DNA of 64,000 bases from Perkinsus chesapeaki ATCC PRA-425 (taxonomy: Eukaryota > Protista > Perkinsozoa), in NCBI GenBank assembly GCA_013115145.1, contig JAAPAO010000007.1:102479-166478 (forward strand), read 5' to 3'. The notes beneath the pieces were generated by a model. The model was not told the origin of the DNA. It ran no database searches and saw only the letters and a list, made by a program, of their open reading frames with translations. Of this stretch, positions 26,119 to 43,000 are shown piece by piece. The position numbers and the translations under genes are program-made. The number at the start of each line of letters is the position of its first letter. Position 1 is the first letter of the stretch.

Positions 26119-27086
26119 ATCTAATCTCAGAATGGATTCGGCTCTTTCTAAAGCCCTCGCTGTGGTCCATATTTTCCGCAAGTTGGGGCTTCGCTGCATT
26201 GCACTGCGTACTGTACAGAGAGACTCTGCCAGAGTTGCTCGATGCATTCAGCCTATAACACTCAAGCTCTGTGTTCCGTACGCCAGCTGTTGTGTGTTAG
26301 TTGCTCTTGCGCAAAGCTTCCTTTACAATGAGCTGAGATCTCGTTGTGGTGTTCGTCAATCCCGGAAGTTCCTCTCGTCGCTGTTCACCCCGTTAACACT
26401 GAGCATATTCCTTCCGAAGAGGAATCGAAATTCGACAGCTGCTCTCCTGAACGACCCATGGCAGGTCACCTATTCTAGATTCTGGGGCTACACATCGTTC
26501 TGTCGAATTGAAAAAATGAAGATAACTCTGGATACATGGACAAACTATAAGTCGTTGCAGGTAGCACAGCAGTTGGTGCTGAGCCCGAATTAAATTATAC
26601 GTTGGATGTGACACCTAAGTAGTATTACAGTATGTCACCCGGGGATACTCGCTGTGATACAACACTTATAGTTGGAACTGTAAGGAGAACCGGAGGCCCC
26701 CTGGTCTCCTAGTTGCAGACTTATCCAGCGCAGTCAGCTGGTTCACAAGACGGCAATATCATCATCATGGCTGATTCCGCCGAGATGACTCAGGTCACAG
26801 CCGGCTCCAGCGAGCACCACTAACAGGTTAACAGCCAAAGACGATGACCATTACCGATCGTACTCCTCGCTGTCTCTACTGGTCACTGTCGTAGCACGGT
26901 TATTATTATTGTTGAGTGTTGAACTAACTCAAACGCAATAATATAAATAGTAGAGGATATCGCAACACCTTAACGAAGGTCAGGTGGTAAGCATGGTAGA
27001 AGAACCGAAGGAGAATCTTCTGCATTTAAGCAATCCGCAGTCCGACCTAAGATACATCCACCTTATAGCCATTTTGCACAGATTAA

Positions 27087-29771
27087 CTAACCTTCTTCCC
27101 GGTCTATCCTATTCGCCCTTATAAGCTCAATAAGTCGCCAAACAACACTATTGTTGTATGAACTACGATCGGCATACCACACAGAAGTGAAATCATCAGC
27201 AGTGACGAGAGGTACGCCTCTAGGGACGCCCCTACTCGGCGGTTTCATTCCAGCCAACAGCAGCCCGCCGATGTTCATTCTGGCCTCCTGCTCCTGGACC
27301 AGCATACCCTCCTTCACAAGAGCTAATAAAGCCTTGCCGTATATCCATGTTGGGCATCCTGGCCGCCACGAAGGAGCCTCCAAAGCGTCGACAGATTTGT
27401 TTTGATAGGCCAGCAGAATACGCGAGTTAAATGGCCGCTCAAGGTAGCCACACTCCCACAGCACACAGCCCAAGGACCAGACGTCACATGATGGTGATAC
27501 GTACCTGACAGGATGGTACGGAAATGGGGAGTGTGGAATACTAACCCATATCTTATCACTTCGGGGGCTGCCGTCCACAGAGTACCGACGAGACGATCTG
27601 AGAGAAATGCGGTGTGGGATAAGGCGAATATGAGAAAATTTATACAATGAAGAATGCGTATAACGTATGGGAGATACAGTCCGACAACACTCACTAGTAC
27701 GCGTGACTACAGTAAACAAGTAGACTGCATTATTAATCATAATCTGAAACTGTAAGTGATACTATCAATGAGCGTGGCTATTATCAATAGCCATATGAGA
27801 TGTTAGTGTCATATAACAACTTATAATCAAATACTCCGCTCTACATCATACGTAACTGTTTATAAGTACTGTTTGTTCCGAAGAGACACCTGATGATTTT
27901 ATTGCATCCCATCCTTCTGGTATAAATCGACTAGATCCGAAATCGCACAGCTTCCAAGACTTGCTCGCTGAATGATACACTAAGTTGTCGAGCTTCACGT
28001 CACAGTGAACCTGCCAGATGATCGTATGCCTTTTAAGCAACATAGGTAGCCGCCGCTTACCAGCCTGTTGGCGTGAAGATACGCCAAGGCCTTGCACGCA
28101 TGCTCAAAGATACGCACCACCTCATTTGGATGTAGCCTAACTCTCCAACTTGGGGCCTGAAGAGATGAACCTTGTCGAATGGAATGTGTTGTACACTGGT
28201 TATTTAATTTTGCATGTCAAAATTCCTGTTTAATCACCCGAAAGATGTAAATGAATTCATGTCGTTAATATCTCACAACTTCTGTCTACTGTACATGATT
28301 GTTAGTAGCCTGAGTACCTTGCAACTACCTATATCAGTCTAGTGCTTGCTACTACACTACTAGGTCTGAGCTAGCTCTCGGCCCTAACACTGGCTTATCC
28401 TGCCAACTATGAGCCCAATCTCTTGCTGTTGTGTTGTAATGTGAATCGCATTTCTCCTCTGACCATAGTGCTACTGAATTGCTTGAGATATTTACATTGA
28501 GCTTTAGTTGCTTCACTGAGGGGCTGGTGCAGAATGCGTTATCCCTGCTTAGTCTTTCAGAAGCCGCATTCGCCACACATATCAGGTCGTCCAAGCAAAA
28601 GTCGCACCTGTTGAGGGAATGCCCGGAGCAGCGCCACTATATGGTCCTACTTCTCCATAACAATCCCTATCTCTTGGTGAGTTGGTGATAGGAACCAGTC
28701 GGAGGCCCGAACCTGACGCCTGGTCTCCTATGAGGGCAAGCGGAGTGCCATACGAGATTTGTTATCTTTTCTGGCTCTCCCCCTTGCTCCTCCTTTTGTC
28801 TCTTCATCAATCCAAATAGCACAGCGAGCTGGTGACAGGATAATTCGACATCACTACAATCACGCCCCGTCCTGTCTCACCTCCTGTCGAGCATGTCGCT
28901 TAACTGCAGCCGAGCGGAGTTTGATGATTTTGATGCAGAGTCTCTCGGAGGGTTCGCTGGGTCGAGCTGCCACATACACCTAAGTCCAGCCCTGCCTTAA
29001 CAGCACCTCTATACGTTACCTACGTCCCCTTCGGAGCCCTGAGCCATCTGCCTAATGAGACTGTACCCCGATGAGGAGGAGGAGGAGCAGGAGGTTGATC
29101 TCGAAGGACTGCCAAGTTGATACACATCCTGACCGCTGCAGTAGCGTCCGAACTCAGCCAGGACCGATGTAGGATTCGATCGAGATGTCTCTGATGAAGT
29201 GAGCTGGCATCACATAGGTCCAAGCACCCTTTACTACTCAAAGCTGCCTTCCGCACAGGCGAAGCGCTCTGGCTGTCTGATCGGCACCGCCGCCCACTAT
29301 ACGTATGGGACCTGATCAAGGTCGATAACAATAGCTGAGCCTTGTAGTTGGTGGTACTACCTTCGAGGGCTCCTCCTCCTCCTCGTAGTGTCCAGAGAAG
29401 GCACCTCATCACTTGCGTACGGATGCGGTGCAGACATGTCGGTATTGTGGCATCAACGAAGAGGTGTGATGCAGTGCTACCAGATGCGAACCAATTGACC
29501 AACTCAACATCATTGCCCATAGCCCAATGCTTCATTACTACTATTATGTTACATGCTTTTATTAGCTGCTCCCCAACGGACTAGCTAAATTAGGTCTAGT
29601 ATCCATGCTGGTGATACTGGACGTGCCCGCCAGCCTACCGAGGGCTATCGGACGCTTGCCCCGGCTACTGCCAAGAGAGCCTCCCTCACGAGAGCACACT
29701 GAGCCTGATGTGGAACAGGTCCGAGAAGGTCGAGGATTATCAAACTTACTTCTGAGGCACGCCCCGGGCAT
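27087..29771 (-). CDS. Divergent Ser/Thr protein kinase (non-RD) with uncharacterised N-terminal region; ends approximate
   Basis: Spliced motifs in order: MAQGSEGD|VY (G-loop), LCIKIIK..RQE, IVMEKCDFCLDDL, VHCDVKLDN, WKLCDFG, GTLWTAAPE, CDVWSLGCVLWE. Confidence 0.8.
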
Positions 29772-29824
29772 ATGGTACCTGGTCGACGGGTAGGACCATA
29801 TCCAACGCAACAACGTGGTTGATA

Positions 29825-30845
29825 CTACTTTTCAGCTCTCAGACGTATTAAGTGCTGCTGGGCTTCAAGCTGGGTTTTAACATTATGGTATCTTTGTAGT
29901 AGACGCTCTAGTTCAGTCCTCCTTGCCGTTTTCTGTTCCTACTATACCAATCACCACCAGCAACAGCGATCCCCCACCTCTCTCCCCGACTGTATCCTCT
30001 TCATCAGGCCAGCCATTTCCAACTGTTGCTTATATGTGTGCTGGTCTAACAGCCCTACAGCAACGACCTTGGGACCGCCCCCGCCGCCAACCCCTCAGAG
30101 CTCTACCATTAATCTTTTTATCCCTTTTATTCTTCCACAATTCAGTCTCCTTTCTCTCTAGTAGATCTGCCTGTGCCTTCGATCTAGCTGCATCTGCGTA
30201 CTGTCTCTGTTTGCCTAAGGTATCCTGCAAGAAGCAGCCACCTCTGCTGCCCGCCTCCCCCCATGCCCGCTCCTTACTTGGATTCTTCTGAGGTTAAGCA
30301 GCTGCTTGCTGGGTCGAGGGTTCCTTGGTTGTGTCTCTCTATTCAGCTTGTCCGTATACCTATTTTCCCTCTCATCACCACTAAGCGCCCCTCCTGTCCT
30401 ACTCCAACTGCTCCTGCATCTGCCGCTCAGCCAACTGCTGCTGCAGTGATATAGCATGCTGCTCAAACTCAGCCACGTTCTTATCCCACATCTCATTGAA
30501 TTCCTGCGCGCCACTAAATACCTCCCCCCCCCAAGCCACAGACCTGAAGCTCCTTCATATGAGCCTCCTCCACGTTAAGTCTCTCCGCCAATTGCTGCGT
30601 TCTCAATTCCTAAATTGAGCCGTGATGAGCTTCACGGACGATTCCTTCACCTCGCGTGCTCTGTTTTGTTGATGTTCTCTCAACTGCTTTAACCGTTGCC
30701 TAGCGGCCTCGGCCTCGCTGTACCGTCCAGTCTTCTCACACTCCATTTGGTGTCTCTCTAATATGTCAATAAAGTCTTCCAGAGCGGAGCCATCCAGCCC
30801 CTGTGCTGGAGCTGCAAGGGGATCATCTACGTGTGGTGCCTCCAT
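29825..30845 (-). CDS. Conserved-looking coiled-coil protein, possibly flagellar (multi-exon)
   Basis: MEAP..LEDFIDILERHQMECEKTGRYSEAEAARQRLKQL..EFNEMWDK..ELERLLQRYHNVKTQLEAQQ*. Helical E/K/Q/R-rich composition; the family resemblance to protist proteins is from memory. Confidence 0.65.
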
Positions 30846-31165
30846 CAAGGGTTATCACTACAGCACAACGATACACCACCACTACGGCCCCATGCCGCCG
30901 GTCCAGCTGGGTACGTCTACGAGTCAGTGCGTCAAAGGCGTAGTTCAATCAACCACGTTAGACCAATACAACACAGTTGTTGAGCCGTTAGTTCGCCTGA
31001 GGCTTCCAATAATTTAACAAGCACCCATCTGCAAGGGCTGCTTCATGACCCAATACATGCGCTATAACGAGGAAAATGGTCTTGTAAATAGGGCGCGCCC
31101 ACCTGATCGATTTGTCTTCTAATAGCTATTGCCCACCGTCCTCAACTCGGCTTCACTCACCGACC

Positions 31166-31996
31166 ATGGGAATCAGCAGGGATAGTCGTCATAAGCACAG
31201 GTACTACCGTGGTCTCATACTGTGTTATTACGTTTATAATGAACTTAATGTTATATACTAACTCATTGTTCGATCTGACTCCCTCAAGTGCTCGTCTTAT
31301 TTCCACTTTGCCTTGTCCTTTAGAGCTACCGGAGGCGTCCGCGCCATCCATCAGAAGAAGCGCCAGTTCGAGCTCGGCCGCCCCGCTGCCATGACTAAGC
31401 TTGGCAACAGACGCGTCCGTGTCGTTAGGTGCCGCGGTGGCAACCTCAAGTTCCGGTAAGAATTACAACCGTGCTGCTGCAGCTTCTGTGGGACTTGTCC
31501 TTTTTTAGTGCCCTTCGTTTGGACACTGGTAACTTCTCTTGGGGTTCCGAGGGCGTCGCTCGTAAGACTCGTATCTTGAACACTGTGTACAATGCCTCCA
31601 ACAATGAGTTGGTCCGTACCAACACTTTGGTCAAGAACACCATCGTCCAGATCGATGCCGCTCCCTTCAAGCAGTGGTACGAGCAGCACTTCGGTGTCGA
31701 GCTCAGTAATATCTTTCTGCCCTCCGTTTTTATTTTATTACTCATTTTCAGCCAAGAAGGGTGCCGAGGTCGTTACTAGCGAGACCAAGAAATCGAACTC
31801 TGTTCTCGCCAAGCTGAAGGCTCGTCGTGCCGATCTCTACTTGGACCCCGCCGTTGAGGAGCAGTTCGCCGCTGGCCGTCTCTTGGCTTGCATCTCCAGC
31901 CGCCCCGGTCAGTCTGGCCGCGCTGACGGTTACATCCTTGAGGGTGAGGAGCTTGCCTTCTACAAGAAGAAGGTCGAAAAGAAGAGCAAGAAGTAA
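31166..31996 (+). CDS. RPS8: 40S ribosomal protein S8 (eS8), four exons
   Basis: [86 protein letters not shown]. Confidence 0.98.
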
Positions 31997-32169
31997 AGGA
32001 ATCCTCCGCTCTGGTGTTTCTCTACTTGACGAATATCCTTCAAGCCGTTCCGGTGGATGCATTCAAGTGTATTTTGTTTAGTATTAATTATAATGGGAAT
32101 TTAACTTAACAACTCAATGTCCAAAGCTATTAACATCTGGTGACATGTCCTGCATTCCTGCGCGCCGCT

Positions 32170-32962
32170 CTATTCCGTATAATACGGGCTCGGTGGGACA
32201 TTACGGTAGCTCGGAGGCTGCATCAATTCTATACCAGTTTTTACTCTCAATTCGTTACCTTTCTAACCGCTGGTGTAGTAGCATAAGGTGTCTTTATTCC
32301 GCCCCCCTTCACCGCCAATGCTCCATTGATCTTCTGGAAGACTTCCCTCGGTATCTGTGAAGGCCGCCAGTGGGACGGGAGGGGTAGGAGTATCAGCACC
32401 TTATTTGCTCCTCTGGGGTTGGCGCAGAACTGTGGAACGCCGGCCTTCTGCCCACCAAAGGCAGGAAGTCTGTCGGTAATTGTCGCCTCCCTTTTATTGC
32501 CTACCAAGGGAGCTGGTCAGCGGAGTCGTGGCGACTCGGTTACCTTCAGTGCAGCTGACACCAACTGGATCTACATCTTTCCTATCAAACTCGTGCTGGA
32601 AATCCTGCCACAGCTTGGTGTTCTTAAATAGTATATCGTGCTTCAACGTTGGCACATGGCCAGCGTAACCCGACGGGAAGTCACTGCGTACAGCCACTTC
32701 CCTCAAGTTAACCATGTCGTGATAGTTGGTCCGATACCTGTTCAAACACTGCACGGTCTTCGCGCTCTTTTCCTACATGTTCTTGGCGGTGTCTCTGAAG
32801 GCTTGGTGCCAATGCCACTGGCTGGATAGGTCAGTAGGGTCACGGGCGTCCAGTGGCACTTCTTCATCATCTGAAGGGAGCGCGGTGCGAGTTGCAACAA
32901 TTCGACCCACTACCGGTTGGATCCAAAGGAACTAGAGCCGGTGGAACCTCATTATCAGTCAT
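32170..32962 (-). CDS. Hypothetical protein with PSGYAGHVP motif (resembles microtubule inner protein repeats)
   Basis: Spliceable exons give MTDNEVPP..YRTNYHDMVNLREVAVRSDFPSGYAGHVPTLKHDILFKNT..PPSYRNVPPSPYYTE*. Confidence 0.55.
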
Positions 32963-33519
32963 GTCGTTTTGTGAAAGGGGCATCAGTCTGCCGTCGTTGT
33001 AAATCCCCTTGTATAAACGCAAATCACTTTAAGAGGGTGACAGCGGTGCTTGGCATAGCAAGCTCGATAACAAGTGACTTGTTAAAAATAATGGTGGTAA
33101 ACTTGTGGTGAATCACAATTAAAGCATAGGGATCGATATGATCATGTCGATACCAGCTCTTCAGAGGCGCCTTTGCGCTTCTCTAGATAAGCTTCATAAG
33201 GCGAATCCAAGCACCGCATCTTCTCTATCAAACCCTAAGTAACATAGGAATGTGTTGCTCGGGTTGCAAAGAGTGCCCCCCAACACGGAAATGCAATATA
33301 TATTCGTAGAGCAAAAAGGGAAAGCTAAATGCAAATATACGATGTTCCTATGTTCCTAATTCTAACGACGATCAACCACAGAACCGGCTCTTATCGTCTC
33401 GGTCAATCTCACCTGTTGCATCTCCTTTGAGAATGTCGCTGCTTTCATCTGGAGTTTGCTGCGCTCTATGTCCCGCATGTTCTCGTTATTAGCGCTTGCG
33501 GCCAAAATAGCGGTGCTGC

Positions 33520-34459
33520 CCGAGCAGCCGTCTGTCTCAGGGATCTCTGTTCGGATAGTGTGCCTGAACGGTGCGAAGCCATGGAGTACTGCCGAGACGA
33601 AATGCTCTATAAATAATATAGAGTTGAGTGTTATTCTGTCTTTATTAACTGATTTATGAGATTTCATAGAGCAAAATGTCGAGGCTATCCGTTTGTTGGT
33701 CCCTAATTCACCTGAGCTTCGTGACCAGTTCTTCCATCATCGATGTGAACTCCGATGCCATGTCATCTATCTTATCTCGTATCTGTTTCTCTTGTGCATC
33801 CAAAACAGCGAACTCATCCTCCTAAAAAAGGGAAGTCCCATGCCAATTGGAAAACAGCTGGTCAGACCTTGTCAATAAGCAGCTCTTCCATCTCATTAAC
33901 GCAAAGGTCACGGTCCTCTCGCAGTTCGGCAAGATTCGTTTCGAGGGCATTGATGTCTTGAATGAGGAGATCTTGTAGACTTTTGTAACTAAAAGTTATA
34001 ATCAATACAAGGGCGCGCCCGGATTTGAACCGAGGACCTGCTGATCTGCAGTCAGCCGCTCTACCACTGAGCTACACACCCTCACAGTGATATAGCCGCT
34101 GGGTCATGCGAAAGCCTCTCACCTTCTCGCGTGATCCGCCACTATGCTAGTAGTTATCATTCTGTCAGTGCTCAGCATCTCCTCCACTCGATCCACCTAT
34201 AACAATGGATGAATCTTCGATGAAACCCCCTCGAAGCGTTCTCCCACTTCACGCTTGTAATCTTCAAGCTTTCGTATCTCATCCTCAGCAAAACGCGTTC
34301 TTTCTTCAAGAACGAGCTCAGCGGCTCTCACTTCATTTTGAAGGTCTTCGTACATCTCTTCAGGTTTTAGTGGCACCTGCCACGTTCGCGTCTCAAGTGT
34401 GTTTATGCGTTCAGCATTACCCCGATGGGTTCCTCTTTGTTCGCGTCTTTCTTTCCCAT
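33520..34459 (-). CDS. DRC12/CCDC153-like coiled-coil (dynein regulatory complex) protein; 3' end approximate
   Basis: MGKKDANKEEP..SIVADHARSYKSLQDLLIQDINALE..IRDKIDDMASEFTSMMEELVTKL. Matches the remembered DRC12 pattern (ADMTRQYK.MQ..L...IN.LE; EF..ML). Confidence 0.6.
34010..34081 (-). tRNA. trnC-GCA: tRNA-Cys(GCA)
   Basis: GGGTGTG/CGCGCCC acceptor stem, TAGCTCAGTGGTAGAGC A-box, anticodon arm GCTGA-CTGCAGA-TCAGC, GGTTCAAATCC T-arm, U73 discriminator; 72 nt. Confidence 0.97.
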
Positions 34460-35123
34460 TTAAAGCAATGTTCTGTTTGTATGTAACGTACAGTACCCCT
34501 TATGAGAACACCACACAGCAATTATCAACAGAATCGTCTGACTATCGAAACCAACTGTACTATCAACACTCGATGATGATAACCATGCGCAAAAAATATG
34601 ATCTACACTATTATATATAAACCGCATCTACACGGTGTTCCTCAAGTGGCCGCAACCAGGTTTGGTAGAGGGCTCGGGCGATGATATCTTTCCCGGTTAT
34701 CTGAGTTACGTCCCAGAATCACCGAAACGGCCAACTTCGCCTACCAGCCGATGAATGGCCTTGAAAGCCTCTCGATCCGTTAGACGTTATTTCATCGTTA
34801 TCGTTCTCTAAATCTCTACCCTTGCCCATGGAGGACCCCCTCATACTGATAGAACCCTCGTCCTCCCTGAAAGTCGCGGCAACTGCACTCTCGCCCGCAT
34901 GTGACAAACCCAAGCACTTCAAAGATATATTTCCCTATTACGAATCGAAGGCAGGGAAATGGTCAAATTATAGCATCAATACTAGTAGTGGAATAATATA
35001 AGGTAGAAACATAACAACTTATTCATCATCATTATTGTTGTTGAGCTTTGCGCTCACAGTGCAGTTAAATAGGCCCAGCTTCACGCAGGACCGGAGGTCG
35101 AATCGATCAGGTGATCGATAAAT

Positions 35124-39780
<4,657 letters not shown>

Positions 39781-40009
39781 CTGAGCTAGACGACGGCCGA
39801 AAACAATTGTTAGACATCTTCAACACTTCCAAACACCTCGCTCACAAAGGAAAATAATCACGATTGAGAAAGCGCACGCCCCGTTGATCGATTTACATTT
39901 TTCCTCTCGATCTCCCCCGACTAACTCAAGGTGCAAGTAAAGACGACAAAGCCAACATGGATAAATATAAACATCATAACATGGCAGGAAGCCGTAAGAT
40001 CAATTACAC

Positions 40010-43000
40010 TCAACCGCGTTCCTGAGGCAGAGATAGTTTCGTGGCGCGTGACGGTGAGGCTGGCTGTACCGTAATAATCCTTTTGAGTTCCCTAGGTGGA
40101 ACGTATACTATACCATCATGCTCAGCAGCATGTGTATTGCCAACCTTATTTACCCTGTCCAATACCTAACACAATAAAGGGTTCGGGTTTTTGGGTTTCG
40201 GGTTTTCACGAAAGCCTCTATTACCTTTTTCATATCCTCAACTGAAACACTTGTCTCCATAGCCCACTCATCAGCCCATTGTGCAAGGTTATTAACCAGA
40301 TAGTTATCAGATTCATATAGGGAAGGTAACAATTGAACCTGACCAGGGAAGCAGCCTTGTGGTGAAGTAAACCAAGCTACATCCACGGAAAGCAGCAGCA
40401 TCATATGCCGCACAACACACTCTCTCGGACGTAACTCGAGTGTGGGGCAGGCAATAGCGGTGTTTATGAGCTTGAATAAGAACAGATAGATAAAGTGGAG
40501 CAGCAGCAGCACTGTAATTTCAAGTAGTAGGATTTAGCCTCTATCAATCTGGTGTCAATGAGTGGAGCGATCCAGCGCCCCTGGACAGACGGGACTGAAC
40601 TAAGCAGTACTCATTTCCTTTACGTTGAACACTCGTAACATATTCAAATTGCCTTAGCCGGGAATCGAACCTGCGTCACTTACTTGTAACAGGAACAGTG
40701 GAGCAACCAAGAACTCCAAGAAGCCTATCTGCGAGTGAGGCCTCGATACCGTATTCCTATCGTTCAACATCTGTACTGGTATATTCTGTGCCTTCTCCAG
40801 GTCACCCTAAAATCCCCCACCCTCATCACACTTTTCGTCTCATCCCATCCTAACCTGTGCGAAGAACTCATCCAACACTCTGTTAGCCCAGGCCTTGCAA
40901 CTCTTAAACGGCTTGGTGGGATTAGAGATATCAGCGGCATGCAAGAAAAGCTGCAGTAGTGTCATCCGAACCTGTAAAGAGCAGCAGTAGCTGCTGCCCA
41001 TAGCCCTCCGGCAGTAGCCGCCCTACGTCATTGGAAGAATATAACGTGACACATTCAGGAGACCAGTCCTCGATATCAGCGTTGTAACCATCATCAATTA
41101 TCTGAGCAACAGTAGCAAGGAGAATGCAGCCTTATGAAGTTGATCGAATGACCGATCCTAACAGTGAAACAGTTATATCTTATTATCTACGGCAATGTAA
41201 TTGTGATTACGAGTGGAGCAAATGCCCCGCCCCTCCTTGGTCTCTTCTTCTATTATTACCTCCCTATTAAGCTGATATAACATCTGTAAAGCCTTAATCA
41301 TCTCGAAGTGATGCGCATTATCAGTATGCAGTATACACTCTATCATAACCCGACGGACATCGCGGTACCTATAGGGACAATATAAGGCTACCGAACTTAT
41401 ATACAACATCAATAACAACCCAGTACACATCTAAGAATCTTAGGTTGATCCCTGCATTACAGCAACGATGCCTACACTATGATCATGTCATCTACACAAA
41501 AGGATCTTATAACTAATCCGGCCGGGTGGTGTTTTATAATTATCAACATCACATACAAAGGCTACGACGCGAAGATACGTTCCACAAGCAATACAAAAGG
41601 GCGCGTTATTTACGGGAATACAGGCTGTCATGTGTCTATGACTTCCTAATCTAAGATCAGCTTACTGTTGCTTAGATAGGCCCTTCAATATATTAGCTTC
41701 ATCTTCACCACACAACTCGAAGAATCTCGCACAATGCATGTTCTCTAATGGCGACTTATCGTTATATCTAAAACCCACAAGTGTCAACAAATCAACCTCG
41801 CTGGAATCTTTTCTTACCTCAATGCTAGCTCGTTGGCCGTCTCCACCAAGAAGGGGTTGTTGACTCCTGGATGACCTATATCGTGCACCACCGCCGCGAG
41901 CAGTATCGCCAGGCAGTCTAATGGCTGGAAGAATGCCACGCTCTTAGAGAGAACAAGGTACCTACAGGAGTGATGCCCGAATAGGTGATCGACCCTTCCA
42001 AAGTCATAAAATACTGACAATAAAAAACGCCTAAAAACCTCTTCCTGAGCTTCAATATTGTTGTCCTATAGCTCAAGTATACTAAGTCCATGAATACAGT
42101 GAAATAGCAGACGCTTATCAAACAGTAAAACTAGCCACCTTCTACCTTCAACTACAACACAACTGCTTAATGCAGCGCTACCATCACTTCCTCAATCCAC
42201 CGCCCGGTGGCCTCCCCCACTAGCACTACCTATACACAGTATGGGTAACATCCACTGCATGATACCAATTATGATAGGGATTATCAAGATAAGATTCCCG
42301 AGCTCGAGCTAGGAAGACCTGACACTTGAAGTCGGCAGGCTGGAAGAAGAAGAACACGTCGTCACCTCTAGAGTATCCATTTTAATAAAACCAGTCAAAA
42401 AATGGGACAACTCCGATCCCAAGAAAATATACCTACAACACCAAAGTCACGCGCCACAAAACTCGGATACTGTCCCGACTTGAGTAGCGCCTCATTCTGA
42501 GCGTTGCTCTTTTCTAATACGTCATAGTGCCAGCTGTCAGCCAGACCAGAGTCCAACAGACCCGCTTGCTCCAAATCCGTGACAAACGTGCGGAGGTTAG
42601 TCGTTCCTGAATGACAATAGATACTTAACGACAGAAGTCACCGGGAGGGCTGCTAATGAGACGGCAGCGATTCTGACAGAAAAGTAATAACACCATCCGA
42701 TAGGGGAAACTGCGGAGATCCAGAGTATGTGAGTCAAACCATTTCAAACCAATTCGACAGTGTCGATGTCGAATTCTCGGAAATTAACACTCGACGATCC
42801 CCGGCAACATATCCTTCGGTGCCTATATTCATTATACAATTATTACTCATCGTCTTCACCATAATCCACTACTATAACGCTGGATTTAAGGGCAATTTAA
42901 CAAACGGAATTACCACAAGGTTAAGAGGCGATGAAACATAGAGGCCCTCAGATGCCACCGTACTGTTTTCTCTACCACAGATGGTTGATCCTTATAATTG

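Noticed and set aside
31091-31100. Palindrome gggcgcgccc in the RPS8 divergent promoter, identical to the tRNA-Cys 3' end
   Set aside because: A single 10-mer; coincidence cannot be excluded.
31201-31324. Longer RPS8 first intron as a possible snoRNA host
   Set aside because: A CTGA is present, but there is no canonical box C (RTGATGA) or terminal stem.
34719-34922. 67-aa minus-strand ORF between SRPK and the DRC12-like gene
   Set aside because: No motif or clear splice context; it cannot be supported as a gene.
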